A model generated the notes under the pieces. The model was not told where the DNA came from. It ran no database searches and was given only the letters and a program-made list of their open reading frames with translations. A stretch of 63,881 bases of DNA, the filler included, from Blastocystis sp. subtype 4 (taxonomy: Eukaryota), in NCBI RefSeq assembly GCF_000743755.1. It is 4 parts of 4 records of this genome, joined end to end, with 100 filler letters (N's around TTAATTAATTAA, not from the genome) between each part and the next. Parts side by side here need not be neighbours in the genome. Positions count along the whole stretch, not along the records: positions 1 to 21,079 come from NW_014569295.1; 3 more parts are not named here. The stretch is one strand, 5' to 3'. This document shows, one piece after another, positions 1-13,610 of this stretch. Made by a program: the position numbers and the translations under genes. Each line of letters opens with the position of its first letter. The stretch's first letter is position 1.

Positions 1-203
1 TTGTGTTCCAGAAAACGATTTGTATCCGTTTCGAAGCAATCCACTGAAACCAGCTCCAGAATTCACCTATCGAGTAATTTCAATCATTTTGCTCTATACT
101 TGCATACTCCGTTTCTTCTAGGACAAAGAATTTGTTGAATTGGTTTTTGAAGACTCAAGTAGAATGTATTTGTGGAGGCCGAATTTAGGTTTTCTGTACT
201 CAT
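1..203 (-). CDS. 5' part of an unidentified gene running off the window start
   Basis: ATG at 203, just after the TGTTTGTT element (211-218) of the upstream gene; ~30-40-nt GT..TAG segments restore an open frame; no recognisable motif. Confidence 0.35.
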
Positions 204-231
204 TCTTCCGAACAAACACATAACACCATTA

Positions 232-1846
232 TTACATCATACTATCCTCAAAAATATCAAATGGATAAGGTATCAACTCTTCTGCTACAACTAAAATACA
301 CCTATCTAATCTCTACCACATTCATCAGGATGACCTAAAACAGCAGAATCATACAAATCCACATCAATCTGATCCTATTCATAAATCAAATGATCAAATA
401 AAACATCTGTTAGAAGAGAAAGAGAGCCAGCAGCAAGATTACATAGTTGCTCATCCTTACTGGATTTCATCATGCTGTTCAGAACGAATACACATCCAGA
501 ATTCGCAATTCGTTGTTTCTATTCTAAATCCAATTCATCATCCTCACTTGTTCTGACGTTGCTGAAAACACCAAATTGCTAACTAAATACACGAATTCCG
601 AAATAAGGCCAAAATACAACCTTTCACTTTGCATAATTCGAACAATCTTCTCCCAAAGAGTACTGGTTAGAATCATTTCCACATCATCTTCACTACCAGC
701 AGCAATACTCCCTAACATATTCACAACACACCACATTTTGAAGCGATTCAGATCATCACAATGGTTCTCGTCAAACTCTATTCCATCTAAGATCAACAAT
801 AGATTGTTCTCCAAAAGAGTGTGACAGACTTCCTTACTACACACAACCAACATGGACAATGCTTTTAAAGCAGCTGCAGATTGAAGACGTTCTATTCCTT
901 GAAGAAGAACCGGGATGATTCGATCCAAGTATAACTACAAATAAGATCCAAATTCTGTAATGACAGAAATAGTAGAATCAAAGAACGATGAGTCTGAGAC
1001 TCCATCAGCTAGAAATACTTCAATAGGCGCCAAAAGGCGCAAATAGAGGCTCCAATCCTCATGTTCCGAATAATCGAGGTTCTCACTCTCTAGAGGCAGA
1101 ATGTCCATGTAATACTCTTCAACATGGAGAATCGAGTCAATAATTTCGGCCATTTTGCTGATTTCATGAGAAGAACCTTGAGAAGGATCAAGCAATCCAT
1201 TCAGTACAATGGTGGCCAGTACGAGAAGATCAACATCATCAGCATACTATATATGATGATTCAGCCTAAATAGAACATTATTATAGAGAGAAGATAATGA
1301 AGGCCAAATCTCGCTTTCATAAATCCGCTCATGTTCAGTAATATCAATCAATAGGATATTTCGTAAAACACTCAAAGAATGAAGAATCAGATTAGGATCA
1401 TCTGCATTCAATTTGTTAAGTAGGGTATCAGGTATTCCACAATCAGCAAATACTAGTCGCTACAAATGAACAATAAAACGAAGCACCACATCCTCCGGAG
1501 TTGATTTCTTATACAAAATAGCAACAAACTCCATGGCGTCAATATTGGAATCTGCGAGAGAAGATAGGAGAACATCACAAATTCCACATGATATTAGTTG
1601 TTCAGGAGTTGCTTCATCTCCTAGAATGATAAAACCAATAGAGTACTTACGTTCAAGAAGTGACGAAAGACTGGAATATGGAGATACTCTTTCCTCGTGT
1701 CCTGATTTCAGTTTATCCAAAAGGATAGATATCTACAAAGGAGCTCCTGCAAAAATAGAAAACATCTGGGTTATCCACTTCTACACCTGTTTGCCTTGTC
1801 AGTCCGAAACTCTAGAACTCAAAATGGAATTGAAATTATCAACCAT
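232..1846 (-). CDS. Multi-exon ARM/HEAT-repeat protein (importin-alpha-like repeats)
   Basis: ORFs 524-928, 935-1195 and 1460-1720 are joined by ~30-nt introns; repeats such as NMLGSIAAGSEDDVEMIL...EFVYLVSNLVFSATSEQVR resemble ARM repeats; TAA at 232-234 followed by TGTTTGTT. Confidence 0.6.
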
Positions 1847-1933
1847 TCAAAACAAGTCCCTTCTAAAAAGAATACCGATTTGATTTGAAGGAATATGCCA
1901 AAGTCAAACAACGGGTATTATCAAGAAACAGTA

Positions 1934-4854
1934 TTAAGAACGATGTAACATCATTTTCGATTGTTCACCATCCAGTTCCTCTCCAGTAATCTTCATGCCT
2001 CCTGGACAAACAAGTACTTCAAGATCACAGATCACTGATGGCTTCTGCTTCACAAATGTTTGAACAGTGTACTCACTGCGCACACCAGATTTCAAATATG
2101 GAATCATCAATGTCAAAAATCCGTCCAAAATCTACAGTTCAGAAATAAAAGCCTATTTCTACATCATAGGTAATGCCCTGAACTTCAACAGCCTTCGTAA
2201 ATCGATTTCCATTCTCTAGCAAACCTCCATGAGCGAAGAAATCCATCCAATTTAATAAATAATTCTTCTCCGATTCCTGCCATTCCAAATTCTCAATCGT
2301 ATTTTGAATAACAGGAATCGCCACTTCTTCTGGCATAGCAGGAACCTCTTCATGATATTCACTCCATGAAGGATGATGCCGAGCCAAGAATCGTGATAAC
2401 TATGCATCAATCTTTCATTCCTTTCTCACTCTGCGAGCCCATTCAAAAGATCCAAACTCAGTCTCGTGATTATTCTCAGCGGAAGCCTGCAGAGTCTGGC
2501 TCTCCACATCTTCTCGTCGCATCATCTCCCGTTCTAAAGCTCTGCGAGACCGTCGTTCTCGGTTGATCTGTTCTCGTTGTGTAGCTGACTCTTCCATCAT
2601 CTGTCGCATAGCCTGTTTCAATACACGTTTCTGATTATAACTATTCTCCAATCCTTCACGCCAATGATCCAACTTGGCTTCTTCTTCTCGTAATAAGGAT
2701 TCTGATGCCTCTTCTGTATCGTTTCGTTGCTCTAATGCCACACGCAAACGACCATTCTCTTGATTCAATGCTTCCATCTGAGATTGCATACGAATGGATT
2801 CAGCTTGGAGAGTTTGTGAGATCAATTCTTTCTCACTTGTAATCTGAACCACCTCAGCACGTAACTCATTCACTTCTTTCACACGTCTTAGTAATGATTC
2901 TTCTTTGTTAGAGCCAGAGGATTGAAGTTGACCAATCATCTCTTCATATGATTTAATCGTTTTCTGACAATCCTTCAACTCATTACAAACAGATTCATAT
3001 TCTGATTGTGTTTGTTTCAGTTTCTCTTTCATAACATTCGTTTCCTGTTCTAATAATACTTTCTCCTTCACAAATGTTTCCATTTCTTTCTTATAAGCTT
3101 CTAAGCTTTGTTCTGCAAATGTTACACGTCCTTCTAATTTCTGTGTAGTTTCTCCATGGGATGCTTCCTGTTTCTGCAGCTTCTCATGCAGACTTGTGAT
3201 CTCCATCTCAAAACGACCTTGTTGTGCCAGCAAGCGGGAAGCATCACTGTCCTTAACACGAAGTGTAGCAATTTGCTGTCTAGCAGTGTTCAATGACTCT
3301 TCCTTCTCCTTCAATTCACTTCGCAAACAGTCTATCTCCTTCAGAATGGTTGCTGTATTATCTTCATTGCTAACACTTACAGGAGTCTCTGGCTTCACAC
3401 AATCTGAAGACTGAGACCTCATAGCCTTCAGTTCCTCCTCCAACACACCCACTCTCTGTTCTGCTGTCTCTTTCAATACCTTCAATTTCTCTCGTTCCAC
3501 TGCTATTGCGTGTGACTGTATGAGCTGCTGATCCAACTGTTCCTGCAAGGAAGACCGTTGTTCCTCACTCTCTCCCAGTCGCTGTCTCAAAACACTGCTC
3601 TGTTGCTTCACGGACTGAATATCTTCTAGGAAGTGACCACTATCTTCACGGACCATAGCCAACTCCTTCTCCAGCTCCATTACTCTCTCTCGCAAACGTG
3701 TTTCCTCAGCTCGGCTATTCGCAATCTGGACTCTCTCAGTATTCACATCCTGCTGACTCTCTTCCAGAGCTTTCTGTGTTTGCGTCAGCAAGGATACCTG
3801 CTTCTTTAACTCACTTTCTAATGCTTCTAAACGAGCCTCCGTCTGTTTCTGTTTATTCATCAGAGCATCTCGTTCAGTTAGGAGTTGACTCATCTCATCC
3901 CTATCACTTACATTCCCCGTTCAATCTTACTTCTGAGTGTTCATTTCACTATTCTCAGATCCCTTATCCACCTGTTCCTCCGTCGTATTCTCTGTCTTGT
4001 ACTTCAATAGCTCATTCCTAATTCGATTCTTCTCTTCTCGCTCTGCACTGAGTTGGGTAATCTGATCATCACGAATCTTCTCAAGAGCCGCCCTTTCCGC
4101 CTCTAATCCGGCGACTGTTGACTCTAATTCACTTACTCGTTCCTATTTGAAAATTAAACAACACATCTACTCGAAGAGATTGAACTAGAGAGGACGATTC
4201 CTTCTGACTTGCAGAATATGATTCGATATCAGCTTTCATATGCTGATTCTCTTCTGTCAAGCGGTTAAGTTCAATCTGGAGAGAACGCTGTTTTTCCTAC
4301 CAATAACTCAGTCCAAAGGGATTCACATCATTAGAAGCTTTTTCACGTCGCAAATCCTCGCGAAGACGATCATTTTCATCCTTACAAAGCATCAATTCCT
4401 TATGCAATCCTGAGTCTGGTACGGGAGCTACCGGAGCAGGAATATTAGAAGTCATCAGCTGTAGACTTTCAACAGCATTCATATGATCCTACACTCAAAA
4501 TACTCACAAAAACGTACTTTCATCATTGTATCCTTCTCCTGCAATATTTGAATCCATTTCTCATTTAGTTCTTGCATTTTCGTTCTCACAGATTGTATTT
4601 CCTTCTCTTTAAGCTTCAAGATCAACTTCAAATAAATAGAATCCAAATAAGTATACTTCCAAGTCAACAGTAGCATTCCGAAGAATTGTAACTTCAACTT
4701 CAGGATTCACAAGATAATCCGAAGTCTTTTGGATTGGTTCCGGTGCCTCTGGAATTATCAGCGACTCTAATCATCAATACAACATCTATCCAGAACCTAT
4801 AGGCTGTTCAGCAGAATCGCAGTATGCCTTGATCTGACTTAGCAGAACACTCAT
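1934..4854 (-). CDS. Long coiled-coil protein with a globular C-terminal domain, multi-exon
   Basis: Heptad E/K/Q/L-rich ORFs; the 30-nt intron GTGAGAAAGG...GATGCATAG near 2400-2430 joins WARR to LSRFLARHHPSW, so ORFs 1934-2128, 2139-2387, 2415-3893, 4297-4482 and 4479-4697 are one gene. Confidence 0.7.
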
Positions 4855-5398
4855 GGAATCTAGAATTATTATTAATATGTGTACTGTTACACTGATTAAT
4901 TGCGATTTAACAAACAGAACACAACAAAAAAAGTCCTTCTTTATGGATTTTGATTATTATTCTCCTGATATGTAGTTTAAATGTATAGAAAAAGAGAACA
5001 AAAGATACAAAACTGAAACTAAGCGCAAGGATTATTCATGACATTGACTGAACTTTGTTATCATGCAGTGATATTGAGGTCATAATAAGTATATCAGAAT
5101 GACACCTTCTGATAAAGAATGGAGGACATACCTCTCAATGAACTGTGACCAAAATCATGTGTTGTCACATCCGTCACCCAAGCAGCAAATTTCAATTAGA
5201 AATACGTTTAGAACATTCTACACTGAAAGGAAAACGATTCCGCGATTTTCTATCCATTTTAGCGGAAGTGGAGTAGTGTTGATCCCTGTGGGATCAATTC
5301 CACTTTCAATATAACTATAAAACGTATGGTTTGTGTGATTCGATAGTGTTCGTGCTCTTATTGCCACTGGAGAAATTGACAGACTAATAGTTTTGTAG

Positions 5399-5873
<475 letters not shown>

Positions 5874-5912
5874 TGTTCATATTTGTTTGTTGTTAGTAAT
5901 TATTCTTGACGG

Positions 5913-7988
5913 ATGAGTGCATCTGGAAATACTGGACAACATGGTGATAACAGGAGGCTCGAACTCTCTTTCACTCCTAACATCGATCTGTCTACCTCCC
6001 AGACAGGATCAGATAAGCTGTCGAAATTAAATATTGAAAGTAACGTCGATATTGCTGATGAATTGACGGTGGGAAACGGTGATGACTATGATTTCAATAT
6101 ATCGATAATTAGAGTGAGAACAGGTTGGTATATAATACAACGATGATATGAAGATGATAGACAAGAGGTTGCAGACAATAGTGATTCGTGGAGGAAACAG
6201 AAACCATTCATTAATGATTTCAGTGATGACTATTTGATACCCGTTCTAGATTTGAGATACTATGGTTTAACTGAATCCGACAATATCCATTCCAAGGATG
6301 GAACCAGCCAGACACGGTTACAGTGGAAGGGATTAGGTTGGCATATGCAGGGGAGATGGATCAACAACTATTTGGAAGGGGATGTGTCTGTAATGAACAA
6401 AGATGGGAACATAGTGATGTCTCTGAAGTTTTCTAGAGGGAAGCTCAATGGACCGTGCACATTTTACAAGGAAGAAGTTCGTATTTATGGAACATGGAAA
6501 GATGGAGAATGTGTAAGCAAGACTATTCCTTGGGACAATGGAAGTTATGTAATCTCTTATAGAAACAATATACCTAATGGATGTAGTGCCTTCTATGATT
6601 CTTCGGATAGAATCAGATATTCCATAAATTATGTTAATGGAATCCGTGATCGTTATATTGACGTCTATAAAAATGAACTCCATGTTCTAGATGGAGAGTT
6701 CGAGACAGTTGGAGGCTATATCCCTCGTACATTTCAACGTAGTGGAGTCACAAGAATCTTTAAAAATGGTGTTATTGCAAAAATGGCAATATATCAAATG
6801 GACAAAGAAAACAAAGTTCTGTGTTTATTTAATGAATCAAGTGTAATTATTACTGATTCTGATGGTCATAAAGTCTACGAAGGTACAGATGAAAACGAAT
6901 CAATTATCCCTCCTACAGGAAATGGTTCGATATTTATCAATGATAATGTAGTTTATAAAGGTGATCTAAAAAATGGATTAGCTCATGGTCAAGGAGAGTA
7001 TTACTATAACAAACAATTGTTCTATAAAGGGAATTTCAAATATGGTTTGCCTCATGGCTATGGAATCTTATCTGATAATAATAAGCAAGAATTATTCCAA
7101 TTTGGATATGCAATTACCAGAAATGTAAATATTCAGGACTGTTTTCGTCAAATGCATCAGCGATCAATTTGTGGTGATTATATGGATAGTCATGATGATA
7201 TATTATATACGAAGGTGGCCCAAGTATTTGGTGATGAATATACTTCGGATATAAAAGAGTATGAAAGAATAAAGCGTCAGAACCAACCTTATTATTCTCC
7301 ACAACCAGTCTCACCTAGAACACCATCAGCAATTAATTCTCCACAACCAGTTTCACCATCACCTGATATTCCTCAGGTATCAGTCTATCAAGGATCAGGG
7401 ATGTACTCTCCAAGACCTGGTGGCCAGTCAACAGATCCCTCTTCAGCATCTTCGAGTATTTATTCTCAGTCTTCAAATGGACAATCATCCTTCTCTGAAC
7501 AGTCTCTTCGAGCGAATCAACAAGGAATGCAAGTACAATTAAGACCAAAAGGAGGAGCATACCAGCCCATACAAAACATTCATAACTCGATTTCGGACCC
7601 AACTCCTAATCATTCAAGTTTTAATTCTTTGTCAACGGATCAATGGAATGACTCACTTGATAGAAAAAAGACTATAAGTGGTGGCTCTAGCTTTGTTCAA
7701 CAACCCGGTTCAGCGCCACCAAAGCAAGAAGACCTTATCAGAATGATTAATAGTACTTCTACCATAAAGATGGGATCTTCATCTACAGGTAATTGTGATA
7801 ATAGTCTTTAAGAAATAGCTGAAATGATGAATATTGCGAATTCTGGTACACCAATCTCAAGAAGAAAGGGCCGAAATAATGGATCTTACTATAGTATGCA
7901 TAAGAAACAAAGATCTCTGAGTACACTTGAATTGAATGGGAACGAAAGTTTGAAGAGCAGAATAACGCATCTCTATAATGATTGTTAA
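5913..7988 (+). CDS. MORN-repeat protein with a Ser/Pro/Gln-rich C-terminal tail
   Basis: YKGDLKNGLAHGQG and YKGNFKYGLPHGYG repeats; 30-nt introns at ~6124-6153 and ~7789-7818 link the ORFs; may end at 7974 by poly(A)-made stop. Confidence 0.75.
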
Positions 7989-8042
7989 CAAACACGATGT
8001 TGTTGTTGTTATTATTGTGTGTATATCTGATTGTATCTGTAA

Positions 8043-9236
8043 TTACTGTTGTTCAAATCCATATGGATGTTTGGTTTGCCAGTTGAGTGCATCCCTACAC
8101 ATATCTTTGAGTGTTTTGACAGCTTTCCATCCCAATACTTGTTCTGCTTTGGTTGGATCTGCATAGCAGATGGCGATATCTCCAGGACGACGAGGGACTA
8201 TCTTATAAGGGATTGAATGGCCACAAGCCTCTTCCATTGCATGAAGCATTTCCAGAACAGAGTATCCATGTCCAGTTCCAAGATTGAAGACTTCTGTTCC
8301 ATTGTTCATTTTATCAAACATGTATTGGAGTGCTTTAAGATGGCCTTGAGCCAGATCATAGATATGAATATAGTCGCGTACTCCAGTACCATCAGGAGTT
8401 TCATAATCATTTCCAAAGACACTTAAGAAGGGACGACGACCAATGACTACTTGTTGGATATAGGGCATAAGGTTATTAGGAATACCATTTGGGCTTTCAC
8501 CAATTTCTCCACTATTTCTAATTGTTTTTTATCATTACCTACCTTTCATGAGCACCTACAGGATTGAAATAGCGAAGAAGGATCACTGTCCATTCTTTGT
8601 CTGCAGTTGCCAGATCTGATAAGACTTGTTCCATCATATATTTGGTTCGACCATAAGGATTTGTGAGACCTTGACCAACTGGTGATTCTTCTGTGATAGG
8701 AACAGGATCTGATCCATACACTGTAGCAGAAGATGAGAAGACTATATTAAAGTTGACTAGCATTTCTTACTGATCTTCTTACAGTTGTGATTTGTCATCA
8801 CTTCTAATAGATTGAAGGTACCAGTAAGGTTATTCTGATAATACAATAAGGGTTTCTGCCAAGACTCACCAACAGATTTCAAAGCACCAAAATGGATTAC
8901 AGCATCAAAGGGACCTCTTTGATCAAATACCTTTTCAATAGAAGCCTTATCGTTCAAATCAGCCTTTGTCTTATTCAATCCTTCTATTTATACTTCCATT
9001 AGATAGAACAAGTCTTCAGTTACTCCAGCTAGTTTCTTTGTTGCTTCATGAGCTTTTCGACTACTTTACAAACTAAACAAATAGATTACCTTGAGTTACA
9101 GAAATTGTCTAATAGAGTTAACTTGTATCCCACTTTTAATAGTTCAATAGCAGTATGAGAAGCGATATAACCGTTTCCTCCTTTTTGTTAATAGATATAT
9201 ATATATCAAACCAGTTAAAAGAATATGCTTTGACAT
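8043..9236 (-). CDS. GALE: UDP-glucose 4-epimerase
   Basis: Spliced [18 protein letters not shown] (Rossmann), [27 protein letters not shown] (YxxxK), [20 protein letters not shown]. Confidence 0.95.
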
Positions 9237-9576
9237 TTGAGTATGAACAAATAATTCTTGAAGAATCAAAGACAGGCAACTGCTGAGGGATTTGAGATAA
9301 ATCTACCTTTCAAGGTAGTATTTTGGATAATGATTGAATCAATGTAATGAGAATAGATGATAATATTTCTAGTGTTATAGAGATATGTGATGTGATGAGT
9401 TATGTAGTTAAGTGATGGAGTTATAATGATATGATAGATCTTGTTAGTGTTATGACTGATTGATCTCATTAGTGTTATGATTGAGTTTCTCTTGAAGTGA
9501 TTGAGTTGTTTAATGATATGATTGATTCATCTAGTTAAGTAACATCCTTCTCTAAAACAAACAATACCACTCACTC

Positions 9577-10312
9577 CTAAATCCAATATGCAGCATTTGA
9601 ACATACAACACCACCACATACTGCTCCAACACCAGGACGACATAAGTTTCCAAGAACAACTCCAAGTCCTTCTCCTAGAATTGCAACTAGACATACAAGT
9701 AGATTCTTAAAAGACTTGTTAACGAAACTTTGAAGTGTTGTTGTAGTTTCAATTTGATTATTTAGCAAACGATGATGTTTAGAAACAAGTTTCTGTTTCT
9801 CGACTCGTTGAAAGTGATTTCGGATCCATGAATACAAGAGAAAGAGTTCTTCAAAAAGGAATATTGATAAATGATAAACAAATCCAGTTTGAATAGCTGT
9901 TAGAAAGAGTGTCTTTGAAGCTTCGAGACGAGTTCCTTTCTTACTTTCTTCTATTGAACATTTTTTCACATCTACATATTCAATTTCACTCTAGTTCAAT
10001 ACCCTGAAACACTTTGGAACTAAACTCATCTGTTGTTGTTGCTACAATAGCATGTTCAACAACTCGTTCAGTTGTTGATATACATACATTTCGAATGAAG
10101 AGTTTCTTACAATTCTCACTAATCTCCTTTTGAGTCTCTCTATTTATTATTCTTTGTTTAGTTGATTACTTCTTTGAGATATCAAAGTCTTCCATATCAT
10201 CAAGTACCTTGTAAGCAAAACCAAGAGGAAGAGACTTCAAGGCAGCAATAGTAATACGATCTGGAAGGAATGCATAATAGAGAGGCTTCAAATTCGGATT
10301 ATCCAAAAGCAT
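9577..10312 (-). CDS. Hypothetical protein with hydrophobic, glycine-zipper-like C-terminus, multi-exon
   Basis: ATG at 10312 (MLLDNPNLKPLYY), ~30-nt introns, last exon ends GEGLGVVLGNLCRPGVGAVCGGVV; followed by TTGTTTGTT. Confidence 0.55.
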
Positions 10313-10362
10313 GAGAAACAACAGTGAACTCTTTTAACAAACAATCAACAATATGGTACAAT

Positions 10363-10800
10363 TTAATATGCTTGAGATGGTTCAACATCTTCTTTCTCTT
10401 CCTTTTCTTCTTCTTCCTCTTCTTCTTCACCTTCTTTCTTTTCAGGAAGTAATTCAGAATGTACAAAAGGCATTACACCTCCAGAAGCAATTGTTACATT
10501 ACCAAGAAGAGCATTCAACTCTTCATCGTTACGAACAGCAAGTTGAATATGACGAGGAATTACACGATTCTTCTTTCCTTCTTGAGCTACATTTCCAGCT
10601 AATTCCAAAATCTCAGCAGTCAAGTATTCAAGAACAGCAGCCAGATATACAGGAGCACCAGCACCAATACGATCAGCAACTCTCATATCTCGCATGTAAC
10701 GAGCAATACGACCCACAGGGAAAGTGATTCCAGCACGAGAACTCCGACTTTGAGTCTTTCCTTCACTCTTTCCACGTCCACCTTTTCCTTTTCCAGCCAT
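10363..10800 (-). CDS. H2AX: Histone H2A with acidic tail and C-terminal SQAY (H2A.X type)
   Basis: [53 protein letters not shown]; ends PSQAY; intronless. Confidence 0.93.
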   Translation of the reverse strand: MAGKGKGGRGKSEGKTQSRSSRAGITFPVGRIARYMRDMRVADRIGAGAPVYLAAVLEYLTAEILELAGNVAQEGKKNRVIPRHIQLAVRNDEELNALLGNVTIASGGVMPFVHSELLPEKKEGEEEEEEEEKEEKEDVEPSQAY

Positions 10801-11141
10801 TCTTAAGATACAAAACTATTATGAATCATCATTCATTTATCACTTCACAATCAATCGATTTTTGATGATCCAATAAATCTATCATATTCAAATCATCGAT
10901 TTTTGATTTCATCTACTCGAATTTTGTTTATTCCCGCCCGAATTCTGTTTCATTGGATGAACAAATTTGAATTATGGTGCGTTGATTTATTGGATAGAAC
11001 AGATGAATTTCCCAATAATCGGAATGATCGAATTAGTAGAATGAAACGGGTATGATTTGGTGGGTGAAATTGAATTGTGATAGTTTTAATTTGGATCATT
11101 GAAAGAGTGATTAGAATGATTGAATTGATGATATTGTAGAA

Positions 11142-11504
11142 ATGGCAAAAGCACCAAGTAAAAGTGCAAAAGGAACAAAGACGAAAGGAGATTTTGCTCA
11201 TCGTAAGAGAAGAAGATTGGAGACTTATTCTTCTTATATCTATCGTGTATTGAAACAAGTTCATCCTGATGTTGGTATTAGTAAACGTGCTATGGCTATT
11301 ATGAACTCGTTTGTGAATGATATCTTTGAGAGATTATCGGATGAAGCAATTAATCTTGCTCGTTACAACAACAAGGCAACGTTAACTGGAGCTGAGATTC
11401 AAACTGCTGTTCGTTTGCTTCTTCCTGGTGAACTTGCTAAACATGCAATGTCTGAAGGAAGTAAGTCTATCTCCAAGTATTCTACTACTGGAAGTGCCGA
11501 GTGA
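11142..11504 (+). CDS. H2B: Histone H2B, divergent from H2A
   Basis: [38 protein letters not shown]...[17 protein letters not shown]. Confidence 0.96.
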   Translation: MAKAPSKSAKGTKTKGDFAHRKRRRLETYSSYIYRVLKQVHPDVGISKRAMAIMNSFVNDIFERLSDEAINLARYNNKATLTGAEIQTAVRLLLPGELAKHAMSEGSKSISKYSTTGSAE

Positions 11505-11534
11505 TTCTTATTACTATGCTCTCTATTTCTTTGT

Positions 11535-12109
11535 TTAACAAATATATGAATGATCAAATTGCTTTAGAGAAACATATAGTACACCATCTTTGTAGTTACC
11601 TGGTTGTCGGAAAGGAGTCACTTCTCGTTCTTTATGTACTTGGACTTTCTTCTTTTTCTTTGTAGCTGTTACAATATGATTTACTTTCTCCTAGTCTTTA
11701 CTCTCTTTCTTGTTTCACTTACAAAACGACGTTGTTGACGTTCTCTTTTTGCTTTAGATGCTTCCATCTTCTTCATTATCTTCATAGGAATATGACCTTT
11801 CTGTTGACGAACTGCTCCTAACTTTTCCAATTCATAATCATTCTTCTCTTTACCACTTAATGCTGATTTAGCTATTTAATCAATTTCATATATCCTTTCT
11901 ACCAAACTCAACAATCTCACTATAGTGTTCTTTCACTTTGAATCCATCTTTATCAAATGATGATTTCATATTCTTCTTTTCATTCGGTTTCTTCTAGTTC
12001 ATTACTTCTTTCAAAACTCTCTTACTAGTATTCCTTTATCATTCTTTTGTCGATATTTCAAATCAGGATCTTCAAATACAATGATTTCACTTGCTTTTCG
12101 AGAAGACAT
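11535..12109 (-). CDS. Basic protein resembling 40S biogenesis factor FAF1/C1orf131 (DUF4602), multi-exon; mostly missed by the ORF track
   Basis: ATG at 12109 (MSSRKASEIIVFEDP), three ~30-nt introns, K/R-rich, ends PGNYKDGVLYVSLKQFDH. Confidence 0.55.
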
Positions 12110-12123
12110 CAAACAACAACTAA

Positions 12124-12131
12124 AACAAACA
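12124..12131 (-). terminator. TGTTTGTT 3'-end/polyadenylation element (example; also 211, 4909, 5884, 7987, 27701, 41097, 45287, 54972, 56692, 63353 and others)
   Basis: Exact octamer at or just after the 3' end of many genes on the coding strand; known Blastocystis element. Confidence 0.85.
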
Positions 12132-12135
12132 AACC

Positions 12136-13389
12136 AATCCATTTTCAATAATACTTTACCATATACCTTATTCATTTTCATTGCTTCATTTGCTTCACTT
12201 AAAGGAAACACTTGAGAGACTTGAGGATGAAGTTGTTTTGTCAAATACAATGAATATAATCGGTTGATACTCTACAATTCGTTCAATCAATCATTTTTAC
12301 TTCTTCAACACATGAAGGACAGTTCTTTAAGTAACCTCCTAAATACACTCCAAGCACACTTACATTCTTTACTAATAGATGATTTGCAGGAATCTGTTGA
12401 ATTGAACCTCCAGAGAAACCAATAATCAACAGACCTGAATCAAAGAAACCGCTTTCTTCTCTCAAATAGGATATGAGCTCCAAATCGAACACTACGTAAC
12501 AATTGAGAACAGAACAGAGAATCTGTTCCTACAGTATCAAATACTAGACTACTTCCTCCCTTTCTATCAACCCTAATTCATATGAATACTAAGGATTTGA
12601 GGAAGTCTCGAAAGGAAGGAGTTGCTTCAGAATCAATAATATGAACACAACTATTAGGATACTGAGACTTCATAAAGGTTGTTAAATACTCTTTCTGAGC
12701 AGTACCTCGAACAATACAAACAGTCTTATCATTATTCATTCAATCAAATCCAACTTCATTTCCAGTCATAATACTTAACTCACTTGCAGCTAAACCAGTA
12801 CCTCCTGCTGCTCCTGTTATTGTTACAAGATCACCCTTCTTCATATTTCCAACTACATTTAGTCCTAATGAAGCAGTACAGAAGTTTATACCCAAGGAAG
12901 ATATCACTTCAAAAGGAATAGACTAAGTTCTATTTAACGAATAGTTCATACATCAGGAATAACAAAACAACGAGACTCATCAACAACACATTCTTCAGAA
13001 TAACCACCACTGGAAGAAAAGATACAATACACTCGATCACCAACATGACGATTCTTACATCCATTACATTCAATAATCTCACCCGAAACTTCAAGACCAG
13101 GACTAAACGGTAGTTTTGCTTTCTCTTGATATTTACCAATCCATGCAAGTGAATCTATTCATTTCAATATCATTTATCAATTCTACCTGCATAGTTGATT
13201 CCTGCATATCGAGTTCGGATTCGTACTTCTCCTTTATTTAATTCTTGTCTTTTCTTTTCTTGTAGAATTAATGGATGACCATATTCAACACACACCATAG
13301 CTTTCTGTCTTCATTATCACTTGTTAGTTGAAGAATACAAAAGATCGAATTAAACTGTATGAATTGATCTTCAGATATCGATGAAGCAT
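12136..13389 (-). CDS. NADPH:quinone oxidoreductase (zeta-crystallin/MDR family), possible MRO presequence; stop made by polyadenylation
   Basis: YAGINYAD, ITGAAGGTGLAA, IGFSGGSIQQIPANHLLVKNVSVLG, GKVLLKMD; N-term MLHRYLKINSYSLIRSF; frame runs through T-GGTT-TGTTTGTT into the next gene. Confidence 0.85.
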
Positions 13390-13458
13390 TTTTCTAATTT
13401 GTTGAAAGTGATTGTGATGGAAGTGGAGTATAATTGAAAGAATGTTCTTATTTGTATT

Positions 13459-13593
13459 ATTTCAATACAAGATAGTTCTAATGTAGCAACATTTCAATAC
13501 AAGATAGTTCTAATGTAGCAACATTTCAATACAAGATAGTTCTAATGTAGCAACATTTCAATACAAGATTGTTCTAATGTAGCAACATTTCAA
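13459..13593. repeat. Tandem repeat, 32-nt unit x ~4
   Basis: ATTTCAATACAAGATAGTTCTAATGTAGCAAC repeated head-to-tail, one substitution in the last copy. Confidence 0.95.
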
Positions 13594-13610
13594 CTATTCC
13601 AATAAACACT

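Noticed and set aside
5023..5032. GCGCAAGGAT matching U6 snRNA (antisense resembles the U4 5' end or a U6 guide)
   Set aside because: Only 10 nt; no ACAGAGA box, U4 stem-loop or properly placed D box; compatible with chance
8043..9236. Apparent in-frame stops and frameshifts in conserved genes suggesting pseudogenes or a variant genetic code
   Set aside because: All resolved by ~30-nt GT-AG introns; TAA, TAG and TGA all act as true stops
13459..13593. 32-nt repeats of CRISPR-like length
   Set aside because: Head-to-tail with no unique spacers, no cas genes, eukaryotic context: a minisatellite
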